64,000 bases of DNA, taken from contig NC_092672.1 of assembly GCF_964355755.1 (NCBI RefSeq), positions 33,796,437 to 33,860,436 of the forward strand, read 5' to 3'. The stretch is from Antedon mediterranea (lineage: Eukaryota > Animalia > Echinodermata). This document shows positions 25,501 through 39,230 of this stretch, one piece after another (the first letter of the stretch is position 1; every line of letters starts with the position of its first letter). A program made the translations under genes and the position numbers. The notes under the pieces are model-generated. The model was not told the DNA's origin and ran no database searches. It saw only the letters and a list, made by a program, of their open reading frames with translations.

Positions 25501-28500
25501 ATGGAATTTAACCAGTAACCTTTTCGTGGAGTATGCTCAGCTACCAAGTCATGGGTCTCTGAGTGGTAAACTATTCTCAGTAGATGGTATAATGTACGCG
25601 GCAATAGCAAATATAAACGGAACAGCAGCAGCAGCTCCAGGAGTTTGGAAAATAAAAGAAAACTGTAAGTGATATAAAGTGATTTCTTTTCAGTTACCTT
25701 ATTATATAATGCACCTCACTTACGATGACCAAATATCTAGCTTGTGTCTAATTTGTGAATGTTTGTATGTATAGCGGAAGGTGATGGTTAGTGGTGTTGC
25801 GCATTGGGTATACCAATTGACGACGTATGGATGCTCACGCGAGGCAAGGTATCATACATTATCAGTGAATAATGCTAATTTATCGATTCAAATACAGGAT
25901 ATTTTTTATAGTTAATACAGATTTCAATAATGGTTTTGATGAATGGACTCAAGAAAATGTTGATACGTCATCAATGGGTAAGGGCGTATATATTTGAGTT
26001 TGTTATAGAAATATTATAGTGATCCATCCAAGAGTTTGGTTGCAAAAGAAACAATTCCGGTTCGTTAAGATCTAATGAATGTACTAAAACTAATTCTATT
26101 TAAATACAGTAAAAGACCCATTCTCTAAATTTGTGACGTTTTATAAAAATAATGCATATATATATATATATTACTTTAAAATCATTAAACCAGGTCATTC
26201 CTTGTCTTAAATGTAAGTTTTATGGTAAATTATGATAAGAAGAGAGAAACAATGCACTACATAAAAAGCTCGCGGTGAATGTCCTCTCGTGGACGGTCTT
26301 TAGGCCTAGCCTAGCTAGGCTTGTTTTGTAGGCATAGCTGGTAAACATCGCTAAAATAATTAGAATCGACTTATTTTCACATTTTTAGTCGCATGCAACG
26401 CGACTCTACAGCTCACTATGTCGGTCGGCTGATCGTCGGTCGATTGGTCGGTAAACACTAACTAAAATTTGAACACGCGACTGCAGTCATGTATATGGTC
26501 TTGTTAACCGTTAAAAGAAGAAAAAAGTTATCTGAATAGGACCATATAGTATCTACTTTTACATTAAATGTTGTTTGTGACCTTTAGATCTATAAAACGT
26601 AGGGAATGGGACTTTAAGTTTCGGCAAAACAAGCATCATAGAACTCGAATTCTATGTTGTTTAGTTTGTTTATTTCCAAATGCATAGAGGATTTTCATTT
26701 CTTTGTTGTTTTCACTTTTTCAGTTTTACTCCAATTTCGGTTTTATTTAGTACCGTTTTTCTTAGTTAAAACAGATTTCCAGACAGGTTTTGATGGCTGG
26801 GCTCAAGTAAATAATGATGGGTTTGATTGGACACGGATAAAAGGTGCAACGAGATCAACAAACACTGGACCAACAGACGGCCATACAGGTACAGAAAAGT
26901 TTTTAGATGATTGGAGGTATTGGTAATTCTTTTTTTGATACAGTATAATATTGTACCATTTTGTTTATTTCAACAGATTATTATATTTATATTGAAACAT
27001 CAAATCCAATAACTGAAGGGATGTCAGCTCGCCTGAGAAGTCCATTACTATCAAACAGCCAAAGTACTGTATCTTTATCATTCTACTATCACATGTACGG
27101 AGCTACTATTGGAACACTCAACGTTTACAGAACGTCGAACTTGGAAGACAAACGGTTATGGACAAGAAGTGGTAACCAAGGAAATACATGGCATTATTCT
27201 GGTACAATAAAATGTACACACAATGGTTATGGAGACAACTACATTGTGTTTGAAGGCATTAGAGGAAGTTCCCATACTGGTGATATTGCAATTGATGACA
27301 TTCAATATAATGGTGGTATGTAACTTTAAAATGATATATTTTTTGTTGAGATTATGGAATTGCATTACTGTTTTACTACAGTACATATTATTAACAAATA
27401 AAAAAGAATGTCTAGAAAACTAACATTTCTAGTTTCTAGTATATTTCTGCTATTAGAAAAATCAGACAAACTAAATGAATTGTTCCATTAGTAATCAGAG
27501 GGACTAAAACAATATCAGTATACCTTTTTACTTGGCAAAATAGAATCTTGCTATAAAGTATAAGTATAGTACTTACTCTGTTTCATTCACACGATGCGTC
27601 CACAATTTATCGTTTTGAATGTTTTGGTGTTAATAGGTATATTACTTTAAAGAACACGCATGAGTATTCATTGGTGACGTCACAAAACTCTACATTAAAT
27701 CTGATATAGTGCAATCCATTTAGTGGTGGTATGAATTTTATAATAGCAGAATAATATAATAATAATAATAATAATAAACAGTATTTATATAGCGCCTAAT
27801 GGATCACTGACCCCTCTAGGTGCTTTACATAGGACCTTAACTAATGGTAATAAACTATCCCTTCCGGTATTTCTTAGTCGAGGTTTCGGGGATAAAACTA
27901 GAAAACTCAGATAAGGCAAACAACTACAGATCTTTTCTTACCCGATATAGGCTACTGTAGGAACTGGTAGTCGCAATCTAAAAACCAATCTATCATAAAG
28001 ATTAGATTTAACATTAACGTATCGTTGTGTGTTTGGTGCGGCATTTTTTTTTTCAATTTCCTTTTTTTATTTTTATGAAAATTTTTCTTTTAGTTCAAAC
28101 AGATTTCCAAACTGGTTTTAATGGTTGGACTCAAGAATATCATTGGACACGGAAATATGGTTCAACAAACACTGGACCAGTAAACGGTCATTCGGGAAAT
28201 ACAAGTAAGTGTATATAGGTGCATATAATAATGTTATTGATACAATTGAATATTAGACTACATTTCTGCAAGATCAAAAATGTATATAAAGTTATAATGT
28301 TTAATGTTTACATAGATGATTATTATGCTTACATTGAAACATCACCTGTAAGTGCTGAAAGGTCAGCTCGCCTAAGAAGTCCGGTTCTGCCAAAAAGCCA
28401 ATATGTATATTTATCATTTTACTACCACATGTACGCCGGAGCTACTATTGGAATACTTAAGGTTTACAGAAAAACAAACGTTGGGAACAGACTGTTATGG

Positions 28501-30605
28501 ACAAGAAGCGGTAACCAAGGAGATGCATGGTATTACGCTGCAGTACAATTTGAGCAAACTAGTGATGGAGACAACTACATTGTGTTTGAAGGCAGTAGTG
28601 ATATTGCAATTGATGACATTCAATATTGCTGCAGTAGTATGTATACTTTTAAAATGTTGTTAGTTAGGATTAATTATACAGTACTGTAGGCCTAGCTATC
28701 CTGCATACTATAGTACTTAGATTTCCTAAAATATTTGTATTTTTATTGTACGAAATTTTAATATTAATTATTTCTTTCTGTACAGATTTTGTTGCCCGTT
28801 TATCTAAAAAAGTTGAATCTGAATAATTTTCAAAATTTCCAAATGTATTTACATAATAAAATCTGGCCATAGATTGAGCGGGTGTCACTCAATCAACCAA
28901 CCGTGACGTCATGAAATACGCCATTTTGTGAATTCATCGTTTCAATTATATAACCATAACCACTTGTCAGATTTATAAATAAAATTCACAACGAGTAAAC
29001 TTCAGATTAATGTTCAACATATACCCATAACAAATGTACGTATACGCACGATAATTGCTGAGCAATCGCAAATCAACATTTTGTTTAAATGCTCAAAATC
29101 AATTTTTAGCGTTTGAATTTTTTCGCGTCGCGCACACATTTTCTTTGCGGACAACATAGATGTAAAAAAAAAATAATTATTATACATGATATTTGTTCTT
29201 CAGCCCTATAGTCATATATTCCTATATATAATTTTCATGAAGAGAAAATGTGAATAAAAGACACATGTAAAATCGTGCGCTCACCAATAGGCAATTGAAT
29301 GCAAATTTATATAAAAACATACCTATTTTAAATAGCTCTTCAGAATGAATGGTGACCCACAATAATGTTTTAAACTTATTTAAACATCCAGGTCATATGA
29401 TGACACATAGATTAATGTACGTGCAAGATCACTTATGGAATTAAATTCTAGTTATTACTCTAATTTGTAAACTGTTTTAATTTTGTCACTCACTAGGCGC
29501 TTTCTGGGCAACTGGAATCGAGACATTCACAAATGATGGCGATACTTACTTAGTAGCTGTGAATCCTTTGGAATGTGCACATACCATAATGGTGTATAGA
29601 TGGGATGAGATGTCTGAAAAATTTAAAATTCATCAACATATTCCTGTGGAACATTGTCCCACGAAATCTACGATTTTCAAAGTAAGTACCACCCCTGTGA
29701 ATCAGTCTCCTCATTTTCACACTACTACAAAATTACATGGCAAAATAACATTGAAATACACTACTTGTTTTCTGGAAATTAAAAAAATGACCGAATAAAA
29801 TGGTTCAATATAATAATTATTCTAATGTTGAAATTTCTGATGTAAAAAAAGTTTAAAATGTGTTACTTTCTCTGATTGGTGATCTTTGTTAATTTTTTGC
29901 AGTTTTTTCTAGATCTGTATTAAGTATTATATAACAACTAAATAAATTCCTGTCATTTGATTGGACAATGGGTCACATGGCGTGCAATAGTACGAACTAT
30001 TAAACAATCGTTTAATAGTACTTTTTTTCGTGTACGAAAAAAAATCTAGGCCTTTAGGTATTAGGCCTAGGCATTTTAGCCTTGCTAATTCAATGACAAG
30101 AACCTATTTAGATGTTTTAGATTCACAACTAATGAATGTTTTATATTCGTGTAATAGTACAAATAATTGCATTTGGTGAATTATTATATTATATCAACTC
30201 GGCTTCGCCTCGTTGAAAAAATAACCTTTTCATCCTTCACCTCATGCCATTGTTTGTACCATTACGCTCAACAACATTCATTATTTGTATATTTTATATT
30301 GTGTTCTATATCAATGAAGATGTTTTCTATATTTACAGGTTGGCGGAGAAGTATTTATGATAATAACCACAAGCAGAACGGAATCACGTGATGCTGATGA
30401 CAATTTTGAACTCTATACTCCGTCATCACCAATAATTAAATTAGAAAGGAGTATGTTCGTAAGTTACGGAGCCATACCATCACACGAATGTTATGATATA
30501 ACATTTTTTGAGCGAGATGGGAAGTACTTTTTGGGTCAGTCGAATAAACGAAATGTTAGTGGTGGCGTAACTAATCCAACCTTCAACATATACCAATGGG
30601 TGTAG
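21347..30605 (+). CDS. Paralogue C: secreted SP-PAN-EGF-(EAR)4-MAMx2-(EAR)3 protein, 825 aa with all exons
   Basis: Exons 21347-21697, 21821-21947, 24111-24216, 24681-24868, 25371-25664, 25912-25977, 26766-26888, 26977-27315, 28094-28204, 28316-28636, 29497-29681, 30339-30605; 2478 nt open to TAG. Confidence 0.82.
22005..22568. mobile_element. Foldback element carrying a tRNA-like sequence, flanked by (TA)n arrays
   Basis: Inverted arms ~22081-22215 and ~22328-22463; (TA)n at 22005-22082 and 22496-22568. Confidence 0.7.
22277..22348 (+). other. tRNA-like sequence (tRNA-Pro-like body, TGT at the anticodon position); probably repeat-derived
   Basis: ggctctg tggtctagtggt atgata ctcgc cctgtaa gcgag aggtt gcagg ttcgaat cccgc cagagac: A and B boxes intact, C at position 33, mismatches in acceptor and T stems. 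Confidence 0.65.
26766..28636 (+). CDS. Two MAM domains of paralogue C, each split over two phase 1-1 exons
   Basis: MAM motifs FDWTR..GAT.STNTGP..GHT, YIYIETS, ARLRSP, LSFYYHMYGATIGTLNVY, LWTRSGNQG..W, IVFEG, GDIAIDDI. Confidence 0.9.
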
Positions 30606-30654
30606 TTGATGTAAAGTTTAAAACGTATGGCGCTCGTTGATTTTCAAAACTCGA

Positions 30655-30882
30655 TATTGCATCATCGCCGCCAATATTTAAACTGGACGGAGGTTTGTTG
30701 GTAAATTAGGGAGCCATAACGTCATATAACTGTTCTTACAACATTTTTTAAGGAGATAGAAAGGGAGTACTTTTTGAGGCAGTTCATGGCTAAACTACAT
30801 TTCCTCCTCCATGGTCAGTCGAAGAAACAAAGTTTTTAGTGGGATAACCAATCCAAACTTCAACATATATCAATTGGTGTGT
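30655..30882 (+). pseudogene. Degenerate duplicate of the last EAR repeat coding sequence downstream of the C stop codon
   Basis: ccaatatttaaactggac..ggagccataacgtca..gggagtactttttg..ggtcagtcgaa..ccaaacttcaacatatatcaa parallels exon 8, with stops and indels. Shorter counterpart at ~53020-53140. Confidence 0.75.
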
Positions 30883-30953
30883 ATTTGTAGGTCCCGCTCT
30901 CCTGCCATGTGCCTTATTGAACTATAACATGCACATAAACTTATTTATATATC

Positions 30954-30959
30954 AATAAA
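30954..30959 (+). terminator. Candidate polyadenylation signal of paralogue C
   Basis: AATAAA ~350 nt after the stop; conserved at the equivalent place after E (53223-53228). Confidence 0.45.
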
Positions 30960-31821
30960 CTAAAAACTGTAACTATTTACAAAGTCTTAAAATATTGTAG
31001 TATAAACTAATGCGCCCTATGACTCTGATTTAACCTTTTGGGAAAGCGAGAGAGAGGGGAGAGAGGGAGTATCGTGTACGCGTCAACCAGAAGGAAATGA
31101 GCGCGTGCAGAAGGACCGTTAGACTCAATAGCTACGTCGCATGGCTCGTCGTACAAAAACGAATTACGCGATAAAAAAAATATGATATACGTAGAATGCA
31201 AATATTGAGGAGGATTGTTTTTTCCCTGTATCTAAACATCTCACACAAAACCCCAAATAAATGCACACTATATATCGTGTTAGTTTGATTATTGTTATAA
31301 GTAAAATCAACGGCGGTTTAATTACAGGATTTTTAAAATAATTTCATTTTGAACGTAACCTAATGTATCTTTCACAGAATACGCGTATATTGATATATTG
31401 CCTGGGCTACAGGCGGAGTTTTGTCTTAATATTAGTAAAGAGATAAATATTTGTGCACATATGGCGTTTCATAGGTTTATTTACTTGAGTTCAGACAAAA
31501 ATCAAAACGACGACGTAACGTGTGGAATGACTTAAAAAAGACAATAAATACAGACTTGGAGCAAGTCTAATTGATATAGTGAAATTATTTTAGACGAATA
31601 TGTGTTGTAATAAATAGAAGATTTGTTTCTGCCTTTAATCGATATTGTTCAATGTTTGTTTGACAAATTTTAATATTACTTGCTGTAGTAGTCTTGTCTT
31701 GTTTATATATGTATAAATCTATAGAAGTCTTATCAAGGTAAAAAGTGGTCAGAAAATAGACAAAATAGAACTAGAATAGTATGACTATATCCCTGTCGCT
31801 CTACATGTTGTCTACTACTTA

Positions 31822-32204
31822 AGCTTGGTTCCCACTAGAACGTAACGCAAGGACGTAAACGCAACGCAAGCGTTTTAACCAATGACAAGTAATAAGTACT
31901 TTCATCAATTTGTTTCCATGTGTAATATCTCCTTTAAAAAAATTTTTTTTTTTTAACTTTTTAACTTTTTAATGTTGTAAATTTTGATGTTTGAAAGCTT
32001 GTACCAATTTTATATGTAAATCTCTCGCAATTCAGTTTTATGTTATATATACTGCAAAGAGAAATATTGAATAAAAGCAGAATGAATGAAGCGAAGTTAC
32101 AGACAGTTAGCAATATCTCAAGCGAATAAGCTATCGCTTGTGATTGGTCAATTCACTTGCGTTGCGTTACGTCTTTACGTTGCGTCACTAGTGAGAACCA
32201 CGCG
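31822..32204. mobile_element. MITE family 1 copy with an internal AT-rich insertion
   Basis: Perfect TTA target duplication; the paralogous site at ~55020 is empty (tacTTAgatg). Confidence 0.8.
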
Positions 32205-35200
32205 TTAGATGTATAACGTAACGTGATTATACCATGGATGAAGTACGTCCTCTATACCCATTACACGAGCGGTATCACGTCTAACGACGCTTTTTTTTTG
32301 CTTTGTTTTTTACATTTTTACATTATTGTATTGTTATGTCGAACTTTGTCATGGTTACCGCATGTTTTAGTTTTAATATGTATGGTCATGTTTATGAAAA
32401 ATATTGACTATTAATATTTGTAAAATGCATATTAACAATGGTTAGGCTTAATAATTTATTTAACTAAAGTATAAGCATATGTGTTAGATTAGTATTACCA
32501 AGAACGTTTGTTTTTAGTCATATAATAAAGTATATATTGAAATAATGCTGTTAACTGAGTTTAGTGATTATTTAATTGCTGTTGATGGCGTGCTTACCTG
32601 GAATAATTTGCATAAAAATGTGGCGCATGCGCACGTTTGGAATCTACTTACTAGCTGGTGTGGTTAGTTGAGACGATGCCAGCGTATACACAAGAGAATG
32701 GTGTGATTGCTAGATGATAATGTAATTTTGCTACAGATTTAATACATCATCACTATGTGGCATGAATACGGGCCTTCTGTGTTCTTTCACATGTCACTTA
32801 GTGGTCACTTAGGCCGCAATTATAAATGCATCACGATACTTAGAAGTACACATTGCGAAAGACAGTCAACTACCAACGGTATTTTGTTGTTGTTTATGTT
32901 GATTCCGTTGTCATGTTTACAGCATTTTTAAAAATGTTTATGGTCATGAAGAATATTATTGAATATTAATGTTTTTAAAACGCATATTTAACAATGCTTA
33001 GGTTTAATTATTTATAAGTAAAGTATATAGGTGGTAGATAATGATATTACCAAGCACGTTTGTAATGGTTTTTGTTCATAGAATAAAGTATACTGAAATA
33101 TATTAAATAGTTTGGAAGCGCATTGTGAAAGACAGTGAACTACCAACGCTAGTGGGGGAACCATCGATGAGCTCTAAGTCACAAATTGTAGGAAACGTTA
33201 TACACCATTTTGACACGAAACACACAAGAACTTTTAACGTTCCTTCTCAACAGACATGATGCGCGCTGCCGCCAAAGTTGTTAACATAATTACATTTATC
33301 GTTCTGTTGTTAACTAGTTGCGATTCCTATGTGGAATGTGATATTAAACCTCCACACACGTCACCTTCTCACGTCTACGGACACGCTAACACAGCAATGT
33401 CAAACGAACTGGGCAAATACAAGGCAACGCAATACGAGTGTATGCAGCTTTATCGAAAAGACGCACGTTGCCTAGCGTTTACGTACGCTACTGATACGCA
33501 AGAGTGCGCGACGTTTGATCGGGATAGCGTCACTGGACCGCAATACATGAAGACGGTGTCTGGTGTCTGGTTCTATGACATGCGACGAAAGAGAAAAGAT
33601 TTTACTCGGGTAAGATTAAAGCATTATTTGCTTGAATTGTATTGTAGGCTGTATTTGTGAATCTTGTGATTTATTTGTTTGTGGTATTGGATTAACACTG
33701 CACTGTAAATGTTTCGTTTGTATAGAGTTACCTTGGCAGATGCCAACAAAACAACAAATGCGTTAACGGAGGCTCGTGTATCAATGATTGCTCAGAGAAC
33801 AAGGATACACCTGCGCATGCCCTGTACAATTTTATGGGAAATTTTGCGAACACAGTAAGTTCAAATACTAATTACATATCTTCTCCCAAATGAACACCAG
33901 AATAATTACTTAATTTGTTAACATAAATCAGTAAATTAACATTTGCTGAAAATATTTGTTTAGCGTTAACATTAACAATAATTTTTATCCACGATTACGT
34001 GTTAAAATCAAACATCGTTAGCAAATCATCGGCAAGCAATACGGCGTTCTCACATACAAGAACAAACATTATCTCGTGATTGGCGGATAGTAAGTGTTTT
34101 AGTATAGTGTTTTAGCATAAACAGAACATATACAGACGGGTTTGTCGTTTTGTGCTGGGGCAGTATGTAAAGTTCTGTCTACACAATCAAACTTTATGTG
34201 ACAACAAAATGGGATGTGCCCATATATGCCCATGATGATGTCATATCACTACCATATTTGGGTACATCACACTTTTTTGTCACATAAAGTTGGATAGTGT
34301 AGACAGAGCTTTACATTTTCATAGAAAGAATTTATCATTCGGGCTGATATGGCTCTGACAAAAAACAAGTTTATGTTTATCAAAATTCGCTATTTTTATT
34401 TGTTTATGTAACGATTGTTGTAATTCAGTTACAATTAAAATTAATAAACCCTTGATTGTTAAAAAAATTAAGATTAATTAAATCAGACTTTGAATAGGTT
34501 ATGTTGTAGTTTTAATAACGTTAATCACTTCAGTAGAAAAAAAACAGGGAAAAACAAAGTTTTCACTGATAAAATGAGAAAATAAATGGTTAAATTCAAC
34601 CAAAAACCCATTTGCTGGCAGACAATTTGACTATTTTTCCTTTAAATTACAGTTTTTCAGATAAATACATTTCTTTTCGATCAGATTTTTAGTCAAAATT
34701 GATAATGGATATTATGTGAAATTAAAAATGGCATATTCAACTAAAAATTTTGAAAACAATTTTTTTTCAAGGGGCCAATATATCTTTAACTGTAAGAAGT
34801 CATAATTATTCTTACAACAAATATTACAATTGTTACTATCGTGCAAATTGGTGTCTTTGAATTAGGAAATGGAGTGAGCAGTTTGTTAAGATGCATTATA
34901 GCACACATAAAAAGCTCACTTACTCGTGTTTTTGGCCCGAAGTTGGCACACTATCAGAATATACTTATCTAAATTCCTTTTTCTAATGAAAATTACCAAA
35001 ATTTGACTTTACCAAATGGTGTACGAAAAGTTGAGAATTTTATAATAAATGGAAAACTCTATATTATGTTTCTTGCAAACTACAGAACAGTCTACGTCTA
35101 TGTTTTGAACTCGCATGGTATGTATATACGTTTATTACACTACGCTGCAGCTCAAGAAAGAGTGATACCGAGAAGATTTATCCCAAGTACCAGGTCATGG

Positions 35201-35712
35201 GGTTCAGAGTGGTAAACTTTTCTCAGTGGATGGTAGTTTATACGCGGCAATAGCAAACTACAATGGAACGACTGAATCACCAGAGGTTTGGGAAATAAAA
35301 GAAAACTGTAAGTTCTAAAAACAACATTTGTTTTTAGTTTATGATTCACCTTCTTACAAGTTAACTACGACTCAGCTGTTCATCTTTTCATCAAATTTTA
35401 CTTTATTTTTACTAATTATCTTTTTATTTATTTCTTTCTTTATTTATTGCTCTATTTTTTCTATCTTTTTTAAAAACTATTAACTTGTCTTAGGCAGTCC
35501 CGTCACAAGATGTTTATCTTTTTGGGCTCCTGCTGTCGTCCTTATTTTGTAAATCTTAATCTTTGGACGAAAATAAATGTTATTTGAATTGAACTACAGC
35601 TGCTGTTCAATCGTAAATCAGGATTCCTGAATCAATTAGAAATATTTAATCAAGTATCAATAAATAAAAATAATACATTACAGCGTAGTCTGTTCCTAAT
35701 TATGAACACTAA

Positions 35713-36086
35713 AGCCGATTTTCCACTAGGCGAATTTGTTCGCGCGAATCGAAAGCGTCATGCTATGCACATGCGTATTCGCGTTTCTGTCTGTCATACT
35801 GCCTTCTTCGTCGAATTCTAGTTCCTTTGATTTTTCGCTTCAGCGAAATTGACTAGTTCGAATTGTTTCTACTTTTTGCGAAGCGAAACATTGCGCAACC
35901 AATCAGAGCTCAGGAAATGAGCTATGACGCTTTCATGAGCACTCATGCGAATCGAAATGCTCAGCAACCACGCGGAGAACATGAACGTCGCAGCTATTCG
36001 CTCTGTAGTGGAAAGAGGGTAGGCGATTTTTTTCTCTTCGAAACGTTGGATTCGCGCGAACAAATTCGCCTAGTGGAAAATCAGCT
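35713..36086. mobile_element. MITE family 3 (PIF/Harbinger-like)
   Basis: ~37-bp TIRs agc(c/t)gattttccactaggcgaatttgttcgcgcgaatc, flanks TAA/TTA; empty paralogous site at ~17325 (cacTAAagctat). A short relative lies at ~57041-57157. Confidence 0.85.
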
Positions 36087-36714
36087 TTAAGCTATATTGG
36101 AATACACATCGTGTTAAGATATATTATTCTGACAACAGAGTATAATCATCATTCGTGTGCAAAAAAAAAAAGAAATATGACGTCACGGTTACCAGTTTAT
36201 TATTGATTGGAGTATACCGTTGTTAATTTCTTATTTGAAGTTGATTATCGATTATTGATTTTCAACTAAAGATAAAATTGCGATAATAATTCAAAGGGTA
36301 TCATGTGTTTTGTTTAGGGGTTTATGAAGGTTGTTTTGTAGACGCCAGTACCAGAGCATTGTCAGACGCGTCTACCTCTAGTGGAAGCATGGCAATTGAG
36401 TACTGTGTAAAGTATTGCTCTGACCAAGGAATTCCTTATGCTGGATTACAAATGGGATCATACTGCTTTTGTGGAACGACGTACTCGAAGTACGGAGAAC
36501 GACGTCCTGAAAGTGAATGTTCTTCGGTCTGTGCAGGAAATCCGCTGGAAAAGTGTGGTGGTGTCTGGAGAAATTCAGTATACAAAACAGGTATTCGAGA
36601 AGACAAAGAACAATCACCTATTACATAATAATCATGATGGAGTTATGTAATAATAAACACGTGATCCAAGTTGAAAACCAGTCATTGTATACAGTTACTA
36701 AAAGTGTTATCACA

Positions 36715-37352
36715 TAAAGCCACTCCGAGAGTACATACCTCAGCCTACTGTATAAATTCTCCTATACATAAAATTTCTCCTGGAAAAAAAATATATATTA
36801 TATTTGTGTGTGTCTAATGTTGTTTGTGATCTAGGCTAATTTCACTACAAGCATGTGTATGCGAGTTTGGTGTAATGGTTATGTAACAAGCTTTTCAATT
36901 AACAATAGCTTCAGTTGACTAACAATAGAACAGCAACGCGAAAATCAAACGAGTGAATTTGAAAGAAATAGATTTTTTTAAACTACTCGCATAAAAAATG
37001 TCCACATTAAATCAAATTATGTTTTTAGAATTACAAATCACAAATTAAAACGAAGTTTTTTGGACAAGTATAGTTCTCGAGAAAATGCAATTTCAGTTTA
37101 CTTGTTACTTTAAGACTACTCGCCGGCTTTTGAAAAATTCTGTCCTATCTTTTAACACTAGGAGGTCTAAAAAGTATACTAAAAAGTGGTCCAGAATTGG
37201 GACCATTAAATGGTCCTTGACCACATATTTATCTGTATATTCATTTTGGTAAAGATCTTGTAATTACTTTTTGAGTAATCCTGCTAACAAACAAACAGAC
37301 AAACAAACAAACAGACGCGATCGATTACATATACCTCCTTGGCGGAGGTAAA
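36715..37352. mobile_element. Interspersed repeat with terminal hairpin and tetranucleotide tract (Helentron/HINE-like)
   Basis: Ends acaaacagac..tacctccttggcggaggta and is absent from the paralogous B intron (~17935). Relatives in intron 2 of C (to ~23965) and E (to ~43410), and inverted at ~63329-63860. Confidence 0.55.
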
Positions 37353-38885
37353 TAAGAGGAAGGGAAAGTTTAATTGAGAGAAAGGTTAACTTGCTCTCCC
37401 AGTGGACATACTGGGAGAGGTCGATCATCACAAAGTTTTTTGAAGACCTTCTCCTTAAAAATCTCATTAATTTCCTTCCCAAATTCTTATGCTTTGACTC
37501 CACTATCAAACTTTATGTGACAAAATTAATGTTACGAGCCCATATATGGACATGATGATGTGATGATTAGTGATTTGGGCATCACTAACATATTTGGTTT
37601 ACATCACACTTCTTTTGTCAAATTAATTTGACAGTGCAGGCAGAGCTTTAGGCATAATATTTCTTTGTATTTTACGAGTTGTAATTAAAAACATGTTTTT
37701 TGACATTCGTTTTATAAAGACTACAAAATTTACATATCGAATATATCTGTTCTGTTTTGAGAAAAACTACAGTTTTATTCGATCAAATAAATGCAATGTG
37801 ACTTTTCAGGCGGTGGTCTTGAACTAGTACAGTCGCTGGACGAATCGAACGCTGGCTCAACAGGAATCGATACATTCACAAATGACGGAGATACTTACTT
37901 AGTAGTTATGAATCATTATAACTGTATACAGAACACAATAGTTTACATATGGGACAAAGTGTCTGGTCAATTTAAAATTCATCAACGTATTCCCGTGAAG
38001 CATTGTCCCACTAGATCTACCATTTTCAAGGTAAGTGTGATCGTGCCCGATCCCCATCGTACCTATTAAAAATTTTCAATTTTTCGCGCTAAAGCTGAAA
38101 AATAAATGACCCAGGTCAATGTGCTTTGAAGAAAGGAGAATTACGGGCATTAAAATAAGTTTAAGTGTAAAGATTCGTCTACACTATCAAACTAGTTTGA
38201 CAGAAAAAGAGTGATGTGCCCAAATGTGGTAGTGATATGACATCATCATGTCTATATATGGGCACATCACATCTTTTCCACATAGTTTGATAGATAGACA
38301 GAACTTTAAACAATTAAACTGCCTCTTTCGAGTTGCTTTTTGTTGATCTCTCTCTTAATTTGCCTTTTTTGTTTTATTAAATTATATCTTTCAACTATCT
38401 GATAACGTTGTTTATTTTCAGGTCAGGGGAGAAATATTTATGGTATTACTCACTATCAGAACGGAATGGAGCAACGTTATAACGTCAACGATATTGAGTT
38501 CTATACTACGTCATCGCCGATATTTAAACTTGAGGGAAGTATGTTCGTAACATACGGATCCATAACGTCACATGAATGTTACTTCATTTCTTTTTTTGAG
38601 CGAGATGGGGAGTACTTTTTGGGACAGTCGAATCAACGAAATGGCAATGATGGAAGCAAAACTGATCCAAGTTTTAACATTTACCAATGGGTGTAGAAGA
38701 CCACGATTTCAAGTCTGTGATTCACTGAGTTAAGTCATAGCACTCATAATATAACTGTACTGATACTAACATGATTTCAAAACTTGCACTAAATTCTATA
38801 ATCGCACGATTGTTATTCGTTTCTTGAAAGTATCTTGTTGTGATGGCGCTGGTTACAATCCGTTATGCGTGACTAATAAAATTAA

Positions 38886-39230
38886 AGATGTATTGTCCCC
38901 CAAAAACATAAAAAATGAAGATTAATTAAATCAGACTTTGAATATGTTATTTTGTAGTTTTAATAAAGTTAATCACTTCCATAGAAAAAAAATGGAAAAA
39001 ATAATGTTTTCACTTATAAAATGACAAAATAAATGGTTAAATTCAATCAAAAACCTATTGGCTGGCAGCCAATTTGACCATTTTTTTGCTTTAGATTACA
39101 GTTTTTTCAGTTAAAATACATTTTTTTAAATCCAATTTTTGGTCAAAGTGGATAACTATTATTTTATATTAAAATGGCATATTCAACAAAAAATGTTTTA
39201 AGAATTTTTGTTCAGGGGGACAATACATCT
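38886..39230. mobile_element. MITE with TTAA target duplication (Kolobok-like)
   Basis: TTAA-agatgtattgtccccc...gggggacaatacatct-TTAA; empty site at ~19540 (gaaTTAAgtaatg). Partial copy at ~34455-34787. Confidence 0.8.

Larger units (their letters stand above)
33256..38696 (+). pseudogene. Paralogue D: chimeric pseudogene with C/E-type 5' exons and a B-type WSC 3' half
   Basis: Exon 1 33256-33609 has a PAN Cys-to-Tyr change (ECMQLY). EGF exon 33726-33854 has a +2 frameshift. Exon 3 (~33985-34089) lost its AG acceptor and has a +2 insertion. Exons 4 and 5 are 5'-truncated (~34992-35118, ~35190-35307). WSC 36318-36590 and exon 7 37810-38030 are open. Exon 8 38422-38696 has a 1-nt deletion. Confidence 0.88.
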
